Of a DNA stretch of 64,000 bases, positions 12,448-24,213 are shown piece by piece; position 1 is the first letter of the stretch; each line of letters opens with the position of its first letter. Below the pieces are notes generated by a model that was given only the letters and a program-made list of their open reading frames with translations, was not told the origin of the DNA and did not search any database. Source of the stretch: Eledone cirrhosa (Eukaryota); contig OZ024743.1 of the NCBI GenBank assembly GCA_964016885.1, positions 13,702,001 through 13,766,000 on the forward strand. The letters run 5' to 3'. Both the position numbers and the translations under genes were made by a program.

Positions 12448-13032
12448 CTAGAAAACATAGCAATCAACTGCCCATTGTCAGGTTGTCAGCACCGATGAAG
12501 GGACCTGGTCGATAATCTGTAGAATCCTGATGCGAAATGAATAGAAATATATTTGTCTCTGTGCAATTGGAATTTTGGCGCCGGTGATGATAATGACTTT
12601 GGTCTTTGTTGAATGTGCTAGAAATGATTAAAGAAACGTTTATTTGATTGGTTTGTACATACGCTAAAATATCACCACGAACAACAATATGAACGTGGAA
12701 GGTTGCGTTACATGCCATATTTCATTTCAAGCAGGGATAAGAAATTTACATTTTCATTAATTTCCAATTTGATATGATTTCATCTCAATGATATAAACAG
12801 GCAAGACCTTTGTCATTTGCATCTAAGCTTAGTGTTCTATCAATTAGCATTTCTTTGCGTACTTATCTACGTGTTTTCTTCCTCATTTTGGATTAACAAT
12901 GAAGGGTGACTTTTAAAAGTTCAACGATGTTTCACACATGGATACAGATTATTACAACGTTGTAAAGAGACTACTCACAGACAAAATTCCTGTGCATGGC
13001 ATGTGTATGTATGTATGTAAGTATGTATGTAT

Positions 13033-15083
13033 GTTCTGCTGGTTTTATAATTTCACAAATGTTTACCAATAGAGAGAGAGTCGGTTTCTAACATAGACAC
13101 AAGACTCTCTCATTGGAATTTACACATCAACTAGGTAGATTATGTATGCATGTCTGCATGTGTAGATATGGATGTTATTGTATGTGTGGATGTGTATGTT
13201 TTGAGTTGTATGTGTGCATGTGTATATGCTTTGTACATGTTTATATGCATGTACATGTGTATATGCAGTTATTAGACGCAAAATGTTTGGAATGTTTTAC
13301 ATATTTTTACTGTTCCATTAATGGATTGTACTTGTAATTTCCTAACTAGTTGTGTTCTTTCTGTTCCTGTGAAGTCTAGCTTCTCAAGATTTGTATTGAG
13401 GCAGTTACTAACATACCACAGTGTCCCAACAATCCCAGGCATATATCTGAAGGTGTAATCAGGGTGGAGTATCTGCAGATTTCTCATCAGTTATGCCTAA
13501 ATATTCTCCTTTTTGCTAATCTTTGATATTATATTGGCATCTGCTGGGCAGCTAATTTCCACTACTGTGCATGATTTCTTCTCTCTGTCCCATATCATAA
13601 TATCTGGTCTGTTATGCCTGCATTTTATTGGGGTTTTTACTGGAACATTCCACCAATACAATTTCAGTATGTCTTCCACATTGCTGTAGTTTTAATGTGT
13701 TTATTATCGGGGCTATCCTTTTTACGAACTGCATTGTACGGTGTTTTGGCCACTACATCATCCCTCATAGGTAGATAGTACTGAAATGACATCTTTGGAC
13801 AGCTACTGATGACATAGGTGATATCCTCGATATTAGTTCTGCAGAGTCTTCACTTGTTATCACATCTAGGTGTTTGGCCTGCATCCCTATCTCTTTTGTG
13901 AATGAGGTATTTCGTGCTAATCTCCTCTTCTTGGATTTCAAAAGCGTATCCTTCAGAGTCGGAGCCAATATAGCGGTTGTTGGTCCAAGATAGACTACTT
14001 TCCTTATCTATATTACTCTCACTCTGGAGCTTCCTGGCAACATATCCATGCATGATTTTTTGCTGATAAGCATGCAGTTTTTCATCCAAGGATTCACTGC
14101 GATACTGCTGAGCGTCTTCCCTGGGTGTGAGCTTTTGATTATCACAAAGGGAATATCTCTCGAGGAGTTCCTTCTCAACTCTCATTATCTCATCTGTTTC
14201 GTGCAGATAGACTTGCTCGAGAAACGGGCTCCTACGCTTCGAGGTTCGTAGATGTTGTCGGAGAGATATAATGCGACATTCAAATGTTGTTAGGCCTCTG
14301 CCTCCGTGCTTACGTTTCAAGTAAAGGCGGTCTATGTCACTGTTGATGTGGACGTTTCCGGTGTTATTTAGTATTTTTCGCGTTCCAACATCAACTGCTC
14401 GGATTTCGTCCATCGTCCAATTGAGTATTCCAAACGTTGGTGTTAGGACAGACACAGCAAACACATTGTGAACCACTGTTTTGTTTTGCGCAGAGAATTC
14501 CGATGACCAGATCTTTCTTAATCGGGTGTAGTATTCCCTGGTTACGCGTTCTTTATTACATATACCATTATCGGAAGAAGACAACCTCTCTATGGCTCTG
14601 ACAATAATGCCTGGGACTTTAGCAAGTTGGAGGGCCTCTATCATCCAAGAGTGGGGAACAGAATCGAAAGCTTTCCTGTAGTCCAGCCAGACTGTAGCCA
14701 TATTCCTCCTAAGTTGTCGCACCTCCGACATCGCAGTTTTGTTGATTAGGTGTTGTTCAGCGCATCCCCAAACCCCTTTCTTTCCAGCTGCTTGTTCATT
14801 TGTGATGATGTTATTATTTTCACAGAGATGTTGGAGGAATAGTTCAGGTAGGCTGTATACATCTTATACATCAGGTTCTGGCATGCAATGGGTCGGTAGT
14901 TTTTTTGCCAAGTGGGTGTCTTTGTTCTTGGGGACCAGTAATATTTGTGCTAATGTCAACCATTCTGGTATAAGTCTATCTTAAGAACTTGTTGGTAGAA
15001 GTCAGTAAGATACCTCCGATAGAATATCAGTTTTTTTGTACCAATAGCCGACAATCATCTCTCTTCCTGGTGCTTCCTTATCT
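13033..15083 (-). mobile_element. 5'-truncated, decayed RLE-type (R4-like) non-LTR retrotransposon, family B, in (TACA)n
   Basis: WLDYRKAFDSVPHSW, RLYLKRKHGGRGL, HNRPDIMIWDRE..VEISCP endonuclease motif, multiple frameshifts; (TATG)n on both flanks. Confidence 0.88.
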
Positions 15084-15180
15084 TATGTATGTATTTATTT
15101 ATGTATGTATGTATGTATGTATGTATGTATGTATGTATGTATGTATGTATGTATGTATGTATGTATGTATGTATGCATGT
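15084..15180. repeat. (TATG)n microsatellite
   Basis: Direct reading. Confidence 0.97.
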
Positions 15181-15183
15181 TAT

Positions 15184-15470
15184 GTCAGGTCACCAGTTGG
15201 TGATACTGGTAACATGTATTCCAGTACAACCTGTCCCATGGTCGGGTCGTTGGCGACTAAACTGGCAACCCCACCAAGGTTTCTTGGTGAGGAGGGTGAC
15301 TTTGGACATCCTGCAGGACTAAAAACAAAACCTGTCAAAAGGCAAAGGAGCTCTTAAGAGTCAATGGCCATCCAAAATCACCGGGAGAGATGACCCCTTA
15401 GCCTTTGTCAAGGCAGAATTCTAGGAGAAGGAAAACTCTGATATAACACCTGCAACCCTGATGGTATCCA
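15184..15470 (+). mobile_element. Probable RTE-type LINE 5' UTR fragment
   Basis: Motifs aaactggcaaccccac and ctaggagaaggaaaactctgat resemble invertebrate RTE 5' leaders (from recall, not searched). Confidence 0.4.
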
Positions 15471-15589
15471 ATGATGTTGACTTGTTCTTCTTTTTGGTAA
15501 ATATCATCTTGGTTAAGAGAGTGGGACTGGCTTTGTGCAGTGCCTTTGCTCACTATAAAAGCTTCACGGCACAGGCATTGCTTTATATC

Positions 15590-15795
15590 TGGAGATCTCT
15601 CTGCATTTGTCGTCGCATGGTACCATGGGCCCAGCACTATGTGTCAATAATTGTCACAAGTGTAGTGTTTGTACCAGAGCTTTCAAGTCGCTGGCTGGAC
15701 TAAAAAGTCACACTCGTTCAGCGCATCAGTAGGGGTTCTCCTACATGGATATAAAGTAGTGGCCGTACTCGAAAACGAGTTGGCAGCCACCATGT
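15590..15795 (+). mobile_element. LINE (RTE-like) 3' end with a terminal C2H2 finger
   Basis: Translates to [23 protein letters not shown], then a short UTR with a ctcg-aaaa-cgag hairpin and a TATG-like tail. Confidence 0.6.
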
Positions 15796-15814
15796 ATGCA
15801 TGTATGCTTGCATG

Positions 15815-15849
<35 letters not shown>

Positions 15850-15980
15850 GAATTAGCCGTCGAAACGGCTTGAGCTCAGCCGTCGAAGTCTTACTTGTTC
15901 CTATTACCCACTCTACTACCCTAAGTATTGAGTACTTTGGTGCGTTATGGTCCACCTGGTTCCTTACCACATTTCCTTCG

Positions 15981-16073
<93 letters not shown>

Positions 16074-16083
16074 CATCCATGCA

Positions 16084-16149
<66 letters not shown>

Positions 16150-16154
16150 TATAT

Positions 16155-16283
16155 TTACGTGTGTTGTATAGAGGCAAATAACTTTGCGTGTACTCTGGGA
16201 TTTTAACATGACCTTACCTATTAAGTACGCTGATATGTAACCGGTACTAGCAGGGAAACCTTATGTTATTCCCCTCAACTTAG
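16155..16283 (+). repeat. Unclassified dispersed repeat; second copy at about 48548-48680
   Basis: Shared tttacgtgtgttgt..gaggcaaataact..tactctgg..cgctga.at..aaccggtact; both copies end in (TA)n. Confidence 0.65.
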
Positions 16284-16316
16284 TATATATAATATATATA
16301 TATATACACATATATG

Positions 16317-16464
<148 letters not shown>

Positions 16465-16539
16465 GGAGTATGTGTGTTTGTATATATATATATAATGTAG
16501 AGAATTACGTAAACATTTTACGTAAAAATGGCTGACAGA

Positions 16540-16690
16540 TCTTCTTCTTCTTCTTCTTCTTCTTCTTCTTCTTCTTCTTCTTCTTCTTCTTCTTCTTCTT
16601 CTTCTTCTTCTTCTTCTTCTTCTTCTTCTTCTTCATCATCATCATCATCATCATCATCCTTATCGTCATCATCATTATCATCTTCATCAT
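16540..16690. repeat. (TTC)n-(ATC)n compound microsatellite, probably the tail of the adjacent RTE
   Basis: Direct reading. Confidence 0.9.
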
Positions 16691-16699
16691 CGGCGTCAT

Positions 16700-17345
16700 A
16701 TTCCAAACTTCTCCATTTAATCCCACTGGATCTCCAAGCGGGACTATCTTTTCATCTGGGTCTCCGTCCAGTTAGTATCACCTGGGAAATCTGATTAGTA
16801 TTTATTTTCTGCGACATACTTACCACATGTCTGTAATATTGTGATCTCTCAATTCGGAGAAGTAATGTATCAATGTATTCGGAACGACACACTGATCTAC
16901 GATCTAAGCAATCTGTCGAATAACGTCACTCCTAAGAACCTAATTTGACTACTTGTATTTGCAACTGTATTCTTTCGGCAGAGGGTGATTTCAGACATGC
17001 ATTTCATATATTCGCTGCCGAGTGCTACACGACAGGAATCATTGCTGCAAAGTCTGTGACACTCATCCTCTCAAGGAAGCCTGCGCAATACATTCTACAC
17101 GTGAGTGGCCGTCCACTAAAGCAGTTGGATAAATTCAGATATTTCAGGGCCGTATTCCCGTGTGATGGAAGTCAGAAGGCTGAATTAACTGCAAGAATTT
17201 CAGGAGCTGTTACGGTAGTGCGTCCGTTTTATCATTCGTTCATCTGAAGGGAGGTGTGTGTCAAATCCGAGCTTGCTACCTGTAATTTGGCATTTGTGCC
17301 TATAGTCATGAATCTTGTGTTTTGACTGAACGAATAGGTGCGTAA
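16700..17345. mobile_element. Decayed RTE element with an inverted 5' segment
   Basis: 16976-17345 (+) encodes LKQLDKFRYF..ELTARI..YSHESCVLTERI; 16700-16980 (-) encodes the continuation AERIQLQIQ..GVTLFDR..LLLRIERSQ. Confidence 0.65.
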
Positions 17346-17495
17346 TCAACAGAAGAAATAATGTTTGAGAAGATAACACAATTTTGTATATATCAAATCG
17401 CATGAACACGCACACACAAACACACACACACACACATTGACATATAGATATTTATGTATGTTTGTGTGTTTGTTTGTTTCTTTGTCTGCCTGTAG

Positions 17496-17560
<65 letters not shown>

Positions 17561-19046
17561 CAGGCAGGCATTTCGTACACCTCTTAAACGATATTATTAT
17601 TGGAATTCAGATAAATGTATTGACACTGATTTAGTGAAATATTTACACTTATATGTTGGTGAGAAATCGAAACAAATGTCTAGTGCCTATTTGGTGTCAA
17701 AGAATCATTTAATAACAACATATATTCCACCATTTCTTCTGAAAAGGTAGACTTCATTCGATGAATAAGTAATTTATTTTATATTTATTTCTCTAACAGA
17801 AAATTTGCTTCCGTTTCTTTGTTAAAAAATATTGCTAGACGATATTTACGGACACCTTCAGTCTACCACTCTGAAAATGAAAAGAATACTGGTCATACGT
17901 TTTTATTTATATTAGTTATCGATATCTGCATTGTTTGTTTATTTTCTACACTAGACGTGAATGTTAAATTTTCAGTCGTCAAATAATATAACGGTACTTA
18001 AATTAACATCTACTGAGATATGTGATGCAATACATGAGATGCATACATACCTAGTTATGTGGATTTATTTTTATTATTTTCCAACGGAGCAAATCAGCTG
18101 TGCTTTTATCTTTTAGCTCGTATCATAAAAGATTCTTGCGAAATGAATGCTCCATTTCGTTTATTTCAGAATTTGCGTTTTATCGTTTGTGTCAAACTAT
18201 GCACTATACATAAAAAGGGTCGTTCAATATACGATTGAGAGAAAGAACTGAACCCTGCTGTACTTGTTTAAAACTTGCTTTTACAGCAGATTTCTTATTT
18301 CAATTTCTTGTAATTATTGAACCCTAATATATTCAGTATATTAGATACACTTAATCAATTTCATATTCGATCTTCTACATCTATCAGAACGCACTGAATG
18401 AATGATAAAACTTGATATAGGCGTTGGTTGAAGCCAAGATCTCCAAGGACTAAATTGAAAAATTATAATGGGTTCATCTTTGATATTCTGCTGCTTCGTT
18501 TATTTACACTACAGTCTATGAATGCAGCACTGATTAAAAATATATACCGTCTGTAAGAATAATTTATTTGCCCAATAAACATGTGCGAATGACAATACGC
18601 TGAGCATTGAACATTTTGAAAATAGAATTAGAAGCTTTCACCTCATATTGACTACACAACATAGTCTAGTATTAGGTCATATAAACACCGGTAAATGAGG
18701 AAAGTGGAAGTCTAGGGAATTGCGTTAATATATCCGGGCTATTCTGGAGTCCGGCTGAAGCTACGAAGAACTTCATACACTGGCGGTAATTAAAATGGTA
18801 CTACTAATTTGTAATCATATCACTGGCTGGTATAATAATTGAATTTTTCAGTTATAAATGTTCGGCAATTTCATGATACAGGATTTTCCGAAAAAGAATT
18901 TAAATTCCATAGCCTCCGTGTTTCAGATCTCTACAATTATTTACCTAGATACTAGTATTCAATTAGCCATATAGAAATTAGAATTATAAATGACGCTAGG
19001 ATATCAGAATTATTATTATTATTATTATTATTATTGTTATTGTTAT

Positions 19047-20293
19047 TCCTTGAATCTCAGTCATTGATGTTGGTTAACTGGAAAGTCCGTTGGATTGAAT
19101 ATCAAGCCACTACCTGCAGCCTCAGATATTCAGGACGTATCGGAGGGTTCTTGCCGTTCCAAGCAAGCATGCCTTTTGAAGCGTTCCAAAAAGCGTGAAG
19201 GGGCCGATTTTCTTTAACCATCCCTGGAAACCTTTGGAGATAGTTCCCAGTGCGCCTATGACAATCGGGATCACTTTGACTTCATGGCAGTTCCAAATCC
19301 TTTTCACCTCCCACTTTAGGTCCTGGTATCGGTTAATTTTCTCCCTCTCCTTCTCTTGCACTCTCGTGTCGAACGGGCAGGCCGCATCCACAATCAGGCA
19401 CGATCTTTTTTCTTTGTCCACAACCACCAGGTCAGGTCTATTGTGTTCCAGTTTTTTGTCCGTCTGTATCCTAAAATCCCACAGCACCTTCACCTGACTG
19501 TTCTCCATCACCGCCTCTGGCCTATGCTCATACCATTTCTCAGAATGTGGTAGTTTGTTTACTTTGCACAGGTGCCAGTGGATCACCCTGCCCATCACAT
19601 CGTGTCTCCAGCCCTTATAGTGGGTCTGGGCTAGGTGTTTACACTCGGACACAATGTGAGCCACAGTCTCCTCTCTCTCTCCACAGATCCTGCACAGTGG
19701 GCTAGCCTCCTCCTTGTAGATATGGTGCTTCAACCACTTCGTTTTGAGGGCCTGCTCCTGCGCAGCCATTAGCATTCCTTCTGTAGCCTTTTTGAGGTCT
19801 CCTCTTCTCAACCAGTTCCATGTCTGTGGATCTCTAAATTCAGTTTTCTCAAAGAAGGTACTATGAAGGGATTTTCCCTTAAGGCTGCTCTTCCTCCTTG
19901 ATGTTATTTCCTCCTTGGGTATCCCCTGGCCTACTGTCCCCTCCTTCAGTACAGCTCTGAGCATTGGCTCCTTACTATAGGTCACGTATTTGTATAGGTT
20001 GTTTTTCTCCATCTGAACACAGTCCTCTATGCTGATAAGACCTCTTCCACCCTCAGATCTCCTTAGGTAGAGTCTATCGACATCACTCCTCTTGTGGAAC
20101 ATGTTGTAGATAGTCAATAGCTTCCTAGTCTTCCTATCCATTTCTTTTTGTTCAGCAACATTCCATCTCAGAATTCCCGCACTGTACCTAATAATAGACA
20201 CAGCTCGGGAATTTACTGCGCTTATGGCATTTCTGCTGTTCAGATGTGACTTCAATACGCTCCTTACTCTCCGAATGTATTCAGTTCTTAACA

Positions 20294-20294
<1 letters not shown>
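19047..20294 (-). mobile_element. R4/Dong-like RLE retrotransposon D1, 5'-truncated, open 390 aa C-terminal ORF (19122-20294)
   Basis: CRIC..ETVAHIVSEC knuckle, RHD, RPDLVVVD..IVDAACPFD..KINRYQDL endonuclease motifs; (TTA)n on both sides. Confidence 0.93.
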
Positions 20295-20327
<33 letters not shown>

Positions 20328-20328
<1 letters not shown>

Positions 20329-21116
20329 GGGCCAGGGCCTATGGACAACTTCCAGAAATCTCTGGCCTGGCAGTGCTACCGAGGAGCCTTGCCAGTTCGG
20401 GATAATCTCTACAGGCATGGAGGTGCCGTCAGCCGGGCATGTCCGAGATGCGCGCAGGGCGACGAAACCGTCCTGCACGCACTCGTCCAGTGTCCGAAAA
20501 TTGCTGACTTGTGGGTTTATGTCGAACACCTGCTGTCGCGTTTAGGACGGATCCAGCTATCATCTGAGTCTATCGTGAGGATTGCCCCGCCCTCCTCCTT
20601 TAGCCGGGAAGGGCAGGCAGTTTTTATCTGTCTGGTGGCCATGGCGAAAGAGATAGTATGGTGGACACGTTTGAAAGGGCTGAAGACGAGCACTTACCTC
20701 TTCGGTGATGCTCTGATTGACTTTTTCAAATTTCATTTGAAAAGGAAAATCAGAGTAGAGAAGGAAGTGCTCTCTTCCCAGCATTTTGTTGAAAGATGGG
20801 TGAGAGAAGCAAGAATGGCCCGAGTGAATGGGCCGACTCTGAGTATATATCTGTAAACTAAAGGTGGAAAACTGGGAGAGGGCACTTGCCTTGGTGGTCA
20901 GGGTCATTGTGGCTTTTTACTGGGCTTTCTCCACAAATGTCCCTCCGAAGTCTCCCCCCTATTGGGGAATTTTTCATTGTTATTTTCATTGTTATTTTTG
21001 TTACATCCTCTGTTTTTGTTTTTTTACACGCAGAAATGCCCATTTGTACCGTCCTGCATTGTCCTGCACTGTCCTTAATGTCTACTTTATGTAAACCCTT
21101 GTGGTTAATAAAGAAA

Positions 21117-21118
<2 letters not shown>
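20328..21118 (+). mobile_element. Tx1 family B copy T1, 5'-truncated
   Basis: GPGPMDNFQKSLAW..CPRC..HALVQC C-terminus, 3' UTR ending ccttgtggttaataaagaaatc; (TTA)n on both sides. Confidence 0.93.
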
Positions 21119-21171
<53 letters not shown>

Positions 21172-21180
21172 CATTGTTAT

Positions 21181-21822
21181 TCCTTGAATCTCAGTCATTG
21201 ATGTTGGTTAACTGGAAAGTCCGTTGGTTTGAATATCAAGCCACTACCTGCAGCCTCAGATATTCAGGACGTATCGGAGGGTTCTTGCTGTTCCAAGCAA
21301 GCATGCCTTTTGAAGCGTTCCAAAAAGCGTGAAGGGGCCGATTTTCTTTAACCATCCCTGGAAACTTTTGGAGATAGTCCCCAGTGCGCCTATGACAATC
21401 GGGATCACTTTGACTTCATGGCAGTTCCAAATCCTTTTCACCTCCCACTTTAGGTCCTGGTATCGGTTAATTTTCTCCCTCTCCTTCTCTTGCACTCTCG
21501 TGTCGAACGGGCAGGCCACATCCACAATCAGACACGATCTTTTTTCTTTGTCCACAACCACCATGTCAGGTCTATTGTGTTCCAGTTTTTTGTCCGTCTG
21601 TATCCTAAAATCCCACAGCACCTTCACCTGATTGTTCTCCATCACCGCCTCTGGCCTATGCTCATACCATTTCTCAGAATGTGGTAGATTGTTTACTTTG
21701 CACAGGTGCCAGTGGATCACCCTGCCCATCACATCGTGTCTCCAGCCCTTATAGTGGGTCTGGGCTAGGTGTTTACACTCGGACACAATGTGAGCCACAG
21801 TCTCCTCTCTCTCTCCACAGAT
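21181..21822 (-). mobile_element. Dong-like copy D2, 5'-truncated
   Basis: Near-identical to the D1 3' end; 3' end in (TAA)n, 5' junction followed by (TTC)n then (TTA)n. Confidence 0.93.
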
Positions 21823-21917
21823 TCTTCTTCTTCTTCTTCTTCTTCTTCTTCTTCTTCTTCTTCTTCTTCTTCTTCTTCTTCTTCTTCTTCTTCTTCTACT
21901 TCTTCTTCTTCTTCTCC

Positions 21918-21958
<41 letters not shown>

Positions 21959-22166
21959 GGCAACCTACGTAGTAAATCGTATCATCGTCAGCTCCGCAAA
22001 GGTTTGTTATTTCCGTTTGTTAAAAATTGTCATTTATGGAAAATTTTATTGTTAACTGTTTATAAGCGCACATACATTGTTTTCCGAAAAGGACACCCAA
22101 AAAGATTGGGGCCTTGTGCCCAAAATTTAAACTTTTATTATTATCAAAAAAATTTCTTTGAAAAAA

Positions 22167-24136
22167 ATGGCTAATTCACCTCTGCACGAAGCAGCTGAAA
22201 GCCTTCCTCACAAAATAACACCTCACACCGACACCACCATTGTAAATGTTACTACGTTTGCCAACACAAAAGAAAATATAAGCACTAGCAATATTTTATA
22301 TTTGTCTCAGGCAGACATTCATTTCCCGCCATTACCAATGACTGCAGGTGTTAAAGCCTCCACCACCACCACCACCGCGACAACCACCACCACCACCACC
22401 ACCGCGACAACCACCACCACCACCACCACCACCGCGACAACCACCACCACCACCACCACCGCGACAACAGAAACAAAAGAAGAAAAAAATAAATTAACTC
22501 GTGATGTCGAAATGAAATCAAGCAAAATGGACTCTTCCCCACCAAAGACGACTGACGTCACCACCACCACAACTGAAACTAAAATTAATATTAACAATAG
22601 CAACAACAACAACAATGACATTATAAAACCCCCCCTCAGTTTCGCCAGAGTAGCAAAACAGTTCGAAGCATTTACGGTAACTCAGGAGGATTAAGAAAAT
22701 GCCAAACAAATGGTAAAGAAAGATGGGTACAGGGTCAGCCTCCCCCCCCCACCTAATAAAATGGAGCATCGGCGCCTATGCACCGTGTCGTATAGAACAA
22801 TAAATGTAAAATCGCGCCGAGTGGAACGGGCATCCGAGTCCCAAATCCAAAAAGCTTTGGGACATGTGTGGGCAAGAAAAACCCACATCAGACGTGGGCA
22901 AAAGTATGGAACCGTGGACGTGTTCTTTGAAACACCAGAGAGGCTAGAGAACACTCCATGGCCCCATTAAGAAGTGACGACTTCACACTCGTCCCAAGCT
23001 ATTGTGGCCAAAGACTCATAAAGATCAGGGTGACCCACGTTCCACCGGCCATCGAAATTCCCTGGCTAATAGCGGCTGTCGTCGCCGGCATCGAAGCCAA
23101 CACGAAAATAATAGCAATAGCAAAAGAAAAGCAGGAGAACTGGTCCGGATCTGGGATGGAGCTCCTGATCCAAGCGGACCAAAAAAGCATTGAGAAGATC
23201 CCAGAGGTAATAGACCTCACTGACGGCAGCCACCTCACGGTAATTGTCGAGAGCAGAAGACCTAGGTGTGTCGTTTGTGGTGAAGGAACCCACCTAAGGG
23301 CTTTCTGCCCTGAGGCTAAAAGGTTGAGGCCACCTCTCCTACCCACCCCAGTGACACAACCATCAACACCACCAGTAGCAGAGATGGCAGCAACAAGTGT
23401 AGCAGCAACAACAGATGCAACTATAACAGCAACAACCCCAGCAACAGTAGCAAAACCAACACCACCACCACCACCAGCAAAACCAACACCACCACCACCC
23501 AACGCTTCAGAACTAGCACCAGCGCCTACACCATCCACCACGCCACAACCAAAACTAACGGCTGTGGAGGATTTTCCACTCCCCGGCCTATCACAACTGG
23601 AGAAGATTGTGACGACGAGGAGTGGGAAACGATATCCGGAAAAAAAAAGAAACCAAAAAAGAAAAAATTCTCTTCCTTCCCCCTCCAAAAACAAAATACA
23701 GAGGGAAACAAATAAATTAAGAAACAAAAAAGTTAGGACAGATATGCCACCATCCACACCAGCATCACCAACCCCATCAACCCAAACACCAACACCATCA
23801 CCATCATTAACCCCAACACCACCATCACCTACACCACAAAAGTCACCAAAAGGCGAAACAGAAACAAACCCACAACAAACGCAAACAAAACAAAACAACC
23901 AAAACGATACAGACTACACAGCATTAAATTTGAACAACAAGCAATTATTACACTACATCCAACACAACACCAGCATCACAGAAAAAGACTACACAACAAC
24001 CCCAAAATTCACACCAACTCCACACATACAAATCACTCGCATCACACAGAAAACGTACATGACACTAAAACAAAAATTCCCCAAAGACATCGGAGACTTC
24101 CGACAAGCACTCTCCAGGAGGATTTATAAGCAGTGA
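22167..24136 (+). pseudogene. T2 ORF1 (gag-like, CCHC zinc knuckle); nonsense codon at 22692 and frameshift near 22950
   Basis: CVVCGEGTHLRAFC = CX2CX4HX4C; Thr/Pro-rich low-complexity flanks; three consecutive ORF pieces. Confidence 0.85.
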
Positions 24137-24213
24137 AAAGGATGGAAAAACCGTCCTTCCCCTACGAGAAGTAAGGTAAGTGGTCTTTCCCATCTTTTCC
24201 ACGCCTTCTCAAC

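Noticed and set aside
16505-16794. Poly-K, poly-E and poly-S ORFs
   Set aside because: They are (TTC)n/(ATC)n repeat read in different frames.
22106-22143. ggccttgtgcccaaaattt..ttattatt in the T2 5' UTR, resembling the SINE tail
   Set aside because: An equivalent ttgg.g..ttgtgc.caa hairpin lies just before the ORF1 start in T3 and T5, so it is more likely a native 5' UTR element.
22999-23898. 299 aa antisense ORF and other antisense ORFs inside the retrotransposons
   Set aside because: They are shadows of low-complexity or GC-rich sense ORFs with no recognisable motifs.
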